Origin: an uncultured Rhodospirillaceae bacterium
GTDB lineage: Bacteria; Pseudomonadota; Alphaproteobacteria; UBA9219
NCBI GenBank assembly: GCA_964398175.1
Contig: CAYNLV010000001.1
Coordinates: 1-47,176 of the forward strand
Direction of reading: 5' to 3'
DNA length: 47,176 bases
Shown: piece by piece, positions 1 through 7,385 of the stretch
Layout of the letters: each line of letters opens with the position of its first letter
Numbering within the stretch: position 1 is the stretch's first letter
Notes under the pieces: model-generated
Seen by the model: only the letters and a program-made list of their open reading frames with translations
The model's database searches: none
What the model was told of the DNA's origin: nothing
Position numbers and translations under genes: made by a program

Positions 1-262
1 GAAGCGCTGAAGAGAAGGGCAGTCCAGCGCGCAACAGGTCTTCAAGCTGGCGGCAAAGCGTAATGCGTTGAGCGAGAGGCGAACGATCGCGCCACTGATG
101 TATCCAACGGGGTAAGGGAGCAGGGGTATGCGGCTTGACCTCAATGAGTTCAAGACCGGACTCGCTTAAAAAGTGCGACAATTCGTTTTCATTGGCCGCC
201 AAAATTTGGCCGCGCCGAACGTATCCCTGAGCATTGACGGCGCGGTAGCGGTAGGCGGGCAT
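1..262 (-). CDS. Type II secretion / type IV pilus inner-membrane platform protein (GspF/PilC family), N-terminal part only; the gene runs off the window start
   Basis: Not in the ORF track because it is truncated. Manual minus-strand translation from the ATG at 262-260 gives MPAYRYRAVNAQGYVRRGQILAANENELSHFLSESGLELIEVKPH...SPLAQRITLCRQLEDLLRAGLPFSSAL. This is a typical GspF/PilC N-terminus and the start of the first T2SSF domain. It lies directly downstream of the GspE-type ATPase. Confidence 0.6.
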   Translation of the reverse strand, partial: MPAYRYRAVNAQGYVRRGQILAANENELSHFLSESGLELIEVKPHTPAPLPRWIHQWRDRSPLAQRITLCRQLEDLLRAGLPFSSAL

Positions 263-300
263 GGTTCTGGTCCTGACTCTATAGGTATGTTTGATGTCGC

Positions 301-339
301 AATAAAACGACCCTCGCCCCTGGAACAGGGGAGAGGGTC
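301..339 (-). terminator. GC-rich hairpin plus U-tract between the ATPase and platform genes (possible partial terminator or processing site)
   Basis: Minus strand reads GACCCUCUCCCCUG-UUC-CAGGGGCGAGGGUC followed by GUUUUAUU. The stem is 14 bp with one mismatch. It lies 38 nt after the ATPase stop and about 40 nt before the platform-gene ATG. Confidence 0.4.
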
Positions 340-376
340 ATTTTAGTTTCTTGTTTGTTTAGGAAGAATATTCGCA

Positions 377-2179
377 TCAATCCCCCCGTGTCAGGTCGAC
401 GGCGCGGCGGAGATCGGCGAGCGAAATCTCACCAGCTAACACCCGCGCGATGCCGTCTTCCTGAATGCTTTGGAACCCTTGTTCGCGCGCTTTTTTTAGC
501 ATGGCGACACGGCCTGTTTCAGCCGCGATCATGTCGTCCAGTTCCGGCGTGACGTTCAAAATTTCGGCAATCACGGTACGGCCATGGGTGCCTGTTTGGG
601 CGCAATATTCGCACCCGGCGGCGTGGGCAATAACGGGCGGTTTAGAGGATTTAATGCGCAAGATACGGCATTCTTCGGTTGTGGCGCGGCGGCTGATTTT
701 GCAGTGCGGGCAAAGCTTGCGCACAAGGCGCTGGGCGATAATGCCGTTCATGTTGCCCGCGATCACGCGCGGGTTAAGACCCAAGTCAATCAATCGGGGC
801 ACCGCGCCGAGCACGTCGTTGCAATGGAGCGTGGAATAGATCTGATGGCCTGTCATGGCGGCACGGAGCGCCATTTGCGCCGTGTCGGCGTCGCGGACTT
901 CGCCGATAAAGATGATGTCCGGATCCATGCGCAGAACGCCGCGAATGCCCGCGCCGAAGCTCAAGCCTTGGGCTTCCTGCACGGCGGTTTGGCGGATCAG
1001 ATCGAGCTGATATTCGACGGGCTCTTCGAGCGTCGCGATGTTGACCTCAACGCTGCTGATTTGGCGCAGAATGGAATAAAGCGTCGTCGTTTTGCCGCTT
1101 CCCGTAGGACCTGTCACGAGGGTGATGCCTTGCGGCCGTTCCATGACTTGCCGGAGAACCGAAAGAACGTGCGGCGAAAAGCCGAGCTCCGTTAACGGCA
1201 GCAGGGAACGGCGGTGATCCAGAAGGCGAACGGATATGTTTTCACCCCAAACGGTCGGCATGATGGCGACACGGAAATCCACGTCGCTGCCGCCGATCTG
1301 CATCTGGAAACGCCCATCCTGAATGCTGCGCGTATCGGCGATGTTCATCCCGGCCATGATTTTGAGGCGATGGGAGAGCGCGGGCCAGTGCGACTGGTGC
1401 AGCGCCCGGATTTGATGAAGCCTGCCGTCGACGCGGTAACGCACGCGCACAAAGCTGCTTTCGGGCTCAAAGTGAATGTCGGAGGCGCCGCGTTTCACCG
1501 CATCGAACAGCAAATGATTGACCAGACGCACAACGGGATGTTGGTAGCCGCTTTCCGGACGGTTTTCTGCCTGCCCGGTCTCAAGCTCGCGCAGGATGCC
1601 GTCCAAAGACGATGTGAAGCCGTAATACCGTTCGATGGCGTCTTCGATGTCGGCAGCGCTGGCGACGGAGGGCTTTAATTCGATGTGGCGGGGAAAGTGA
1701 CGGCGTATCTCATCCATCGCGACAATGTCGTAAGGATCGGCCATCGCGATTTCGAGAACGGGCTCCTCGAGACGCAAAGGAATGGCCCGACAACGCTCGG
1801 CTACGGGACGCGGTAACGATTTGAACAGCGCCGGATTCAGCGCCGTTCGCCGCAGGTCCACGGGCTCGAGACCGGTACGCGCCGCCAGCACGGACGCCAA
1901 TGTGGTCTCGTCAAGAAAGCCAAGCTTGACGAGCACGGCGCCGATCATCTGCCCGCTTTGGCGCTGTTCATAGAGCGCGAGGTTAAGCTGGTCGCTGGTG
2001 ATTGCGCCGATTTCCACGAGGCGCTCGCCAACGGGTTTGGATGATGGCGGCTCGACGTTAGCGGGGCTTTTTTGTTTGCGTGGAAGTTCGGGCAGGTCTT
2101 CCCATGTGTCAGCGCGCTCGTCCGGCACGGCTTTAAGGGTGTTGACTTTGCGCATCGCGGTCACCATCACATTTGGCAA
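377..2179 (-). CDS. GspE/PilB/MshE-family secretion ATPase (T2SS / type IV pilus assembly ATPase)
   Basis: 600-aa ORF. It has an N-terminal GspE_N/MshEN-like repeat (GERLVEIGAITSDQLNLALYEQ, IGAVLVKLGFLDETTLASVLAA), Walker A GPTGSGKTTT, a Walker B / Asp box (IIFIGEVRD), and a tetracysteine motif (CPHC...CEYC). The start is uncertain; alternative ATGs lie 12 and 24 nt inside. Confidence 0.9.
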   Translation of the reverse strand: MPNVMVTAMRKVNTLKAVPDERADTWEDLPELPRKQKSPANVEPPSSKPVGERLVEIGAITSDQLNLALYEQRQSGQMIGAVLVKLGFLDETTLASVLAARTGLEPVDLRRTALNPALFKSLPRPVAERCRAIPLRLEEPVLEIAMADPYDIVAMDEIRRHFPRHIELKPSVASAADIEDAIERYYGFTSSLDGILRELETGQAENRPESGYQHPVVRLVNHLLFDAVKRGASDIHFEPESSFVRVRYRVDGRLHQIRALHQSHWPALSHRLKIMAGMNIADTRSIQDGRFQMQIGGSDVDFRVAIMPTVWGENISVRLLDHRRSLLPLTELGFSPHVLSVLRQVMERPQGITLVTGPTGSGKTTTLYSILRQISSVEVNIATLEEPVEYQLDLIRQTAVQEAQGLSFGAGIRGVLRMDPDIIFIGEVRDADTAQMALRAAMTGHQIYSTLHCNDVLGAVPRLIDLGLNPRVIAGNMNGIIAQRLVRKLCPHCKISRRATTEECRILRIKSSKPPVIAHAAGCEYCAQTGTHGRTVIAEILNVTPELDDMIAAETGRVAMLKKAREQGFQSIQEDGIARVLAGEISLADLRRAVDLTRGD

Positions 2180-2946
2180 ACGCTGTTGCCGATTAGGCTG
2201 ACAAGAGCGTTGCGATCGAGAAAAAGAAGGATGTCGTCGAAGGGGTCATTATTTCTGACGATGGGTGAGGCATTAATAAATGTTGAGTTGCCATCTGTGT
2301 TACAGCACTCATAACCGCCACTATTTGTACAAGTGCTCACTCTGCAGGGAAGGGGCAGAAGACGATAGCCGTTCTTCAGGCCCGATTGGGGACTGGCTAT
2401 CAAAGAGCCGCGCCCATTTGGCCCGTGGCTCACAAAAATCACCGCGGCTGGTTGAGATCCGCCGTTTGGAATTTGAACGATGACTTGATTGGCTTTATTG
2501 AGGCCTGTCATGCATAAACCGGCCATGCCGTTTGGAATAACGCTGCTGAAAGAATTGTCTGTAAGCGCGGGATCGACGCGCATGGTGATCCAGTGGCCCC
2601 AGCCGTCTTTCGCCATGTTCATCGGCAAGCCGAGCGAAGCAAACGGCGGTATGCCTTCCGGAGATCCGCAGCCATTGCAGGCGGCGGTGTTGTTATCACC
2701 CCGCACATAGCCGAAAGCTGAACCAACGGTGGTCGCAGGCGTGGGGCAAGGAAGGCATCCGTTGGCGTGGACGAAGGCGGCTGTTGCCCGGAGAAGCGTT
2801 TGCAGATTGCTGTCCGTCACGGTGCGCTGGGCGTTTGTGCGCACCGCGCTTAAGGCCGGAAAAATAATGAGTATCGTTAATCCAATGATGATCAGCACAA
2901 GGCTCATCTCGACAAGCGTGAAACCTCTGGAAGCGCTTCTGTCCAT
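2167..2946 (-). CDS. Prepilin-type N-terminal cleavage/methylation domain protein (large, cysteine-rich pilin/pseudopilin-like)
   Basis: Leader MDRSASRG|FTLVEMSLVLIIIGLTILII has the canonical G/F cleavage site and Glu at +5. I chose the ATG at 2946 (AGGA lies 5 nt upstream) rather than the track start at 2991, which overlaps the upstream pilin gene. The mature part contains 10 Cys. Confidence 0.75.
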   Translation of the reverse strand: MDRSASRGFTLVEMSLVLIIIGLTILIIFPALSAVRTNAQRTVTDSNLQTLLRATAAFVHANGCLPCPTPATTVGSAFGYVRGDNNTAACNGCGSPEGIPPFASLGLPMNMAKDGWGHWITMRVDPALTDNSFSSVIPNGMAGLCMTGLNKANQVIVQIPNGGSQPAAVIFVSHGPNGRGSLIASPQSGLKNGYRLLPLPCRVSTCTNSGGYECCNTDGNSTFINASPIVRNNDPFDDILLFLDRNALVSLIGNSVCQM

Positions 2947-2956
2947 CGTTCCTGTC

Positions 2957-3628
2957 TCATATGCGCATGCAAAGCGTGTACGTTGTATCATCGCTGTAGG
3001 ATGTCGCTACCGCGCCGCCGCTGCTGCCGGGGTCGGAGCCCGTTTCGGCCGTGGCCTGAATGGCGCCCGCGTTGCTTGTCCCGTCATCCAGACGCGCGTC
3101 AACGGCTTGGGCGGCATTGCCCGGAAGTTTGTTCAGGCATAAAACGGTTGTGGCGAATTCACCGCCAAAAGCGCCATTCTGAAAACCGTAAACGCCGCTG
3201 AAAGGATTGGGCGGCTGGACCGCGGTGCTGCCGCCGGTGACCTGGTTTTTCACAAGACCTGCGGCGCGTAGATGCGCCCAGACCAGACGGCTTTCACCAG
3301 CAGGGGGGGTGGTGGATGGCGTGTCGTAGGAAGAACCGGTGCCGACAAGGCCATCACCGCCGCCGGACGTTACGCCTGCCGACGGGAAGCGCGTGGACGC
3401 GCTAAGATCGTCGCCAGGTAACGCGCCGTAGTTCTGCGCATAAGTCTGGAATTGGGCCTGATAGGCTTGCATGTCGTTAATGGTGCGCGTGATGCGCGCG
3501 TTCTGGATGATCTGCTGGCCGGTTAAAACGCCGCCGATGATCAACCCGATAATGACAAGGACGATCGACAATTCAACAAGCGTAAAACCACGAGAGGCAG
3601 GGTGAACAAGGCGCATGGGTGTCTCCAT
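2957..3628 (-). CDS. Prepilin-type N-terminal cleavage/methylation domain protein (pilin/pseudopilin-like)
   Basis: (METP)MRLVHPASRG|FTLVELSIVLVIIGLIIGGVL is a class III signal peptide with Glu+5. The ATG at 3628 overlaps the secretin stop (TAATG). An alternative ATG at 3616 has GGAGA 5 nt upstream. Confidence 0.8.
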   Translation of the reverse strand: METPMRLVHPASRGFTLVELSIVLVIIGLIIGGVLTGQQIIQNARITRTINDMQAYQAQFQTYAQNYGALPGDDLSASTRFPSAGVTSGGGDGLVGTGSSYDTPSTTPPAGESRLVWAHLRAAGLVKNQVTGGSTAVQPPNPFSGVYGFQNGAFGGEFATTVLCLNKLPGNAAQAVDARLDDGTSNAGAIQATAETGSDPGSSGGAVATSYSDDTTYTLCMRI

Positions 3629-5451
3629 TAAAGTTTTTCTTTTGAAAGAGGCAGGGGCCTCGGGTCGCGGTTGTATTTCTTATACAAATCGACGTCGGCG
3701 GTATCCGGAACGGGTTTCTCAAGTATCGTGGCCCGTAAGAGAATAACCAACTCGCTTGTTGTGCCCTGGTTGTCCCGCGACTTGGCGAGGTTGCCGATAA
3801 GCGGCAAGGCATCGAAAGGCGGAACGCCTTTTTCCTCATTGTCTGAGCTGTCCTGCATCAAGCCGCCCATAACGGCAACTTCACCGGAGCTGAGTTGCAG
3901 CACGGAGTCCATTTCGCGCACCGCCAGCACCGGCACCTGTGACTGAACAGGGGTTGTCACGCCGGCCTGTGCGGCGTTTAGACCGATTGATGGATCGTAC
4001 GCATAATCGACGACGCGCGAGATGGTGGGGCGCAAGGTCATGGTAATGCGTGATTTCTCAAGATCAATTGCTGGTTGGACAGTCATAACAAGGCCAACGG
4101 GAACCGTTCGCGGGGTGCTGGAAAAGACAGGCGTTCCGGAAACGGGCACGCCAGAGGCGCTTAGAGTCGTCGGGAACTGCGCTGACGTCAGGAAGTAAAC
4201 TTCGTTACGCGCCACCTTCAATACGGCGGTCTGGTTATTGAGGACGGTAAGACGCGGAGATGACAGGATACGCGTCGCGCCGAAGGTGCGGACAAGGTTA
4301 AGAATACCCGCGAAATCCGAGTCTTTGACCGAGGCCGTGAAAACGCCGTCGGTTGCCGTTGTGGCCGTAACAAAAGGCGCGCCCGCGCCTACCGTGCCAA
4401 AGCGTGCGGCCGTGTTGACGCCGTGATCAAAAAGCGTGCGCCAGTTGATGCCGCTCTTGAAATCGTCGCTCAATTCGACTTCAACAATGCGCGCCTCAAT
4501 AAGAACCTGAGCCGTCGCCTTCTGTTGAAGGCGCGTCAAGTATTTCTGGACAGCTTCTTGTTGTTGTGCGTTGCCGAAAACGGTGATCAGCCCTGCTTGC
4601 CGATCAATACTGAAATTGGGCTGTGTTTGGGCCGGTGTATTGCCAGGTTCTTTTACGAGGGGGCGCTGGCGGTTGGTGGTTGCCAACACTTGAGTGAGGG
4701 ATTTTTCAAGTTCTGTCCAAAAATCGGCGTCCGACGCGCCCGTAATTTTAGAGAGCGAATTATTATCGCTGCTGGCGCCGTTGTTGCGATTAACAGAGTT
4801 ATTTGAGCCGTTGCCCCCCGCAACATCGACTTCGAAAACATTTGTGGCGATGGTCACTTCGCTGGTTGTTCGCCGCGCAATGGCGAGGTAATCGACGGTA
4901 TAGGTGTGTTGATAGGGCTCATCAAGTTCGATGCGCATGAAGCTGCCATCTTGTTTATAGCGCAAACCAGCCAGCGAACAGATCCGCTTGATGACTTCCG
5001 AAAACGGCTGTTCATGCGCCGTAAAAATGATGCCACCCTGAATGCGCGGATCGATTTCCAAGTTGACGTTGCTTTCACGGCCAAGATCGATCAGCACATC
5101 GCGAAGCGGAACGTTATCTGTGACAGTGACGCTAACCCGTTTTTCGGTTTTTTCATCGGCGGCTGACGGTAGGGACGGCGCTGACTCTACGGGCGCTACC
5201 GGAATTGGCGGCAGCGCTTCTAATCCATCCTTGTCCTTATCGGATACCGGTTCTTCTTCCGTGTCTTTTTTGTTTCCTTTGAGAGGCGTTTTCGCCTCAG
5301 CAACACCGCGTTGGCGCAAAGCTATATAATCTTTACGCGAAAGGTCACCGGGTGGATCAATTTTGTCAGCTGGAAAGACGTTTGTGCAGGCTTGAAGGGC
5401 AAGGCCGCTTAACAAAATTATGACGAAATGAAACCGAAACGTATTACACAA
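3628..5451 (-). CDS. Secretin, lipoprotein type (MshL/PilQ/GspD family)
   Basis: TTG start. Lipoprotein signal FVIILLSGLALQAC. The C-terminal secretin domain reads VPVLAVREMDSVLQLSSGEVAVMGGLMQDSSDNEEKGVPPFDALPLIGNLAKSRDNQGTTSELVILLRATIL. The N-terminal STN/N0-like module reads VSVTVTDNVPLRDVLIDLGRESNVNLEIDP. Confidence 0.85.
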   Translation of the reverse strand: MCNTFRFHFVIILLSGLALQACTNVFPADKIDPPGDLSRKDYIALRQRGVAEAKTPLKGNKKDTEEEPVSDKDKDGLEALPPIPVAPVESAPSLPSAADEKTEKRVSVTVTDNVPLRDVLIDLGRESNVNLEIDPRIQGGIIFTAHEQPFSEVIKRICSLAGLRYKQDGSFMRIELDEPYQHTYTVDYLAIARRTTSEVTIATNVFEVDVAGGNGSNNSVNRNNGASSDNNSLSKITGASDADFWTELEKSLTQVLATTNRQRPLVKEPGNTPAQTQPNFSIDRQAGLITVFGNAQQQEAVQKYLTRLQQKATAQVLIEARIVEVELSDDFKSGINWRTLFDHGVNTAARFGTVGAGAPFVTATTATDGVFTASVKDSDFAGILNLVRTFGATRILSSPRLTVLNNQTAVLKVARNEVYFLTSAQFPTTLSASGVPVSGTPVFSSTPRTVPVGLVMTVQPAIDLEKSRITMTLRPTISRVVDYAYDPSIGLNAAQAGVTTPVQSQVPVLAVREMDSVLQLSSGEVAVMGGLMQDSSDNEEKGVPPFDALPLIGNLAKSRDNQGTTSELVILLRATILEKPVPDTADVDLYKKYNRDPRPLPLSKEKL

Positions 5452-5532
5452 GATACCGCCTCAAGTTGAATACAGGCGGATGAAGTTGACTGTTTTTTGG
5501 TTAACTGTCAAAGAAACACTGAGCAGAAAGCC

Positions 5533-5561
5533 TGTGGATAAGTTGCAAAAGTTGTGGATAT
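5533..5561. promoter_or_regulatory. Two tandem DnaA-box motifs (TGTGGATAA perfect; TGTGGATAT 8/9), same orientation, starts 20 bp apart
   Basis: Direct read of cctgTGGATAAgttgcaaaagtTGTGGATATcac; the boxes are at 5533-5541 and 5553-5561. They lie in the 132-bp spacer between the OGT-like gene stop (5584) and the secretin start (5451). Binding is not demonstrated. Confidence 0.35.
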
Positions 5562-5583
5562 CACAAGAAAATAGTTGGCTTGG

Positions 5584-7281
5584 TTAAGGTTTAATCTCAA
5601 GATAAACGGTCTCCAAATTGTTAACAAAATGGGCCGTTTCAAAAAGCGGTAGGGACAAGTGTTTATTACTGAGATGTTTTTTAAGCCCCTCTCTTGTTGC
5701 TTTGTCATGTGAAAATTTAAGAATTAAATTTTTATAATCTTCCATATTTGTGGCGATAAGCTCGGGCAATCCGGCAGCTGATAAAACACTGGCCGCAACG
5801 CGGGACACAAAGCTTTTTCCGGCGATCGTCACGACGGGTACCCCGCACCAAAGCGCATCACTTGTCGTCGTGTGGCCACCCACAGGAAACGTGTCCAGGC
5901 ATAAATCGACATAGGCATATCGCGCGAGGTGTTCCGCCAAAGGCAAGGGGGACGCGAAAACAAGCCGGGATGGATCAACGCCATGCTTTGTTGCCGTTTG
6001 CCGCAGTTTGTCAGGCGCGTAAGGGTTTGATTGATAGAGCCAAAGAACGGAGTGAGGTGTTTGTTTAAGTATAACGCACCACGACGCGAAGATATCGGGG
6101 GTGATTTTATAGGTCTGGTTAAAGCTGGCTAATACGAGGCAATCATCAGGCAAACCATAGGCGGCGCGAGGCAGGGGTTGCGCGGCGGTGCGGTGGCGGT
6201 CGTTGATTTGGTAGCAGGGAGATAAGTAAAGGATTTTTTCGGTGAAAGAAGAGGCGCAACCCGTTGGGATTGTTATGTTGTCGGCAATAAAATAGTCGAT
6301 GAAAGAGGTGCCTAGCGTACCCGGATAACCCAGCCAATGGACTTGTACAGGCGCGGGTTTGTATCCCAAAATCTCGAGTTTTCCCCCTTTTGTGTACCCC
6401 TTCAAATCGACCAAAATATCGATGCCGTCGTCCCGGATGCGTTGGGCGGCTTGTAGGGGAGTGAGGTTGTTAAGCTCCACAAAGTGCTCCGCCTCCTCTT
6501 TAAGACGCGCCCGGATGGCCGATTTGTCGTCGATGCCATAGCTGTAAGCAAAGACTTCAAAACGGTTCCTGTTGTGCAGGCTGAAAAGCTCCGCTATCAA
6601 ATAAGCCGTGGCGTGAGCGTGAAAGTCGGACGAGAGATAACCGATACGCAGCCTTTCATGCACTTCGGGTGCTTTGGGGGGCAGAGGCGCTAGGCCGCCA
6701 AACCTTTCCCGGGCATAACGCATGGCCGATTGTTTCTGGAGCTCAGGATCGTCAACCAAGACGGTTACGGCTTGCGGCGGCAGTTTTTCAATGTCCAAAA
6801 TTTGAACGTCCCAGTCGCAAAGCTGCCGCGCGAGAAGGAAGTATTGCGTGCGCCATGCCTGATTGTGCGGCACAAGGCTTAACGCTTTTTGCCAGTGTTT
6901 GAGAGCGACGGGAAGTTCGCCGGTTTGCTGATGCAGTTTGGCCAAACCTTCCCACACAATCGGTAAATCAGGATTCATAACGCTGACTTTTGTCATTAGC
7001 GCAAGGGCTTCCTGAAGTTGGCCCTGCATGCCCAAAACGCGCGCGAGGTTATAGGTTGCTTCAAGCCAATCCGGATGTGCATCAAGTGCGCGGCGGTACA
7101 TCATCACGGCGCGGGGCAGCGCGTTCTGCGCTTCGGCAATCTGCGCCGCCAGATGCAAAAGGTTCGGGTCCTTTGGCGCAGCGCGCAAAGCAGTTGCAAC
7201 GGCATTTGCCGCGGACTCATAATCACCGTGGCGATAGAGCGCCTGTAGGCGAAGAAAACGTTTCTTGGCTGCGGACGACAC
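5584..7281 (-). CDS. TPR-repeat protein fused to a GT41 (O-GlcNAc transferase / SPINDLY-like) glycosyltransferase domain
   Basis: The N-terminal ~170 aa are TPR-like (YRHGDYESAANAV..., YRRALDAHPDWLEATYNLARVL...). The C-terminal part has GT41-type blocks (RIGYLSSDFHAHATAYL, VDLKGYTKGG, VQVHWLGYPGTLG, ASFNQTYKITP, LDTFPVGGHTTTSDALWCGVPVVT). Confidence 0.8.
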   Translation of the reverse strand: MSSAAKKRFLRLQALYRHGDYESAANAVATALRAAPKDPNLLHLAAQIAEAQNALPRAVMMYRRALDAHPDWLEATYNLARVLGMQGQLQEALALMTKVSVMNPDLPIVWEGLAKLHQQTGELPVALKHWQKALSLVPHNQAWRTQYFLLARQLCDWDVQILDIEKLPPQAVTVLVDDPELQKQSAMRYARERFGGLAPLPPKAPEVHERLRIGYLSSDFHAHATAYLIAELFSLHNRNRFEVFAYSYGIDDKSAIRARLKEEAEHFVELNNLTPLQAAQRIRDDGIDILVDLKGYTKGGKLEILGYKPAPVQVHWLGYPGTLGTSFIDYFIADNITIPTGCASSFTEKILYLSPCYQINDRHRTAAQPLPRAAYGLPDDCLVLASFNQTYKITPDIFASWCVILKQTPHSVLWLYQSNPYAPDKLRQTATKHGVDPSRLVFASPLPLAEHLARYAYVDLCLDTFPVGGHTTTSDALWCGVPVVTIAGKSFVSRVAASVLSAAGLPELIATNMEDYKNLILKFSHDKATREGLKKHLSNKHLSLPLFETAHFVNNLETVYLEIKP

Positions 7282-7385
7282 GCGGTTGCACTCCCCGGAT
7301 AGAAACGTTACATTAAGCCATCATGCGCGTTTTCATACAAGTTTGCTTGTTAACCATTCTGTTCGCGATTGAGGACTGAGAATCT

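Noticed and set aside
465-1678. Plus-strand ORFs (124, 203 and 154 aa) opposite the GspE ATPase gene
   Set aside because: They are shadow ORFs within a well-supported minus-strand gene.
5452-5583. Chromosomal replication origin suggested by the DnaA boxes
   Set aside because: Only two boxes are visible. There are no AT-rich 13-mer-like unwinding repeats and no typical ori-linked genes (dnaA, dnaN, hemE, parAB) nearby. I keep it only as a candidate DnaA-binding regulatory site.
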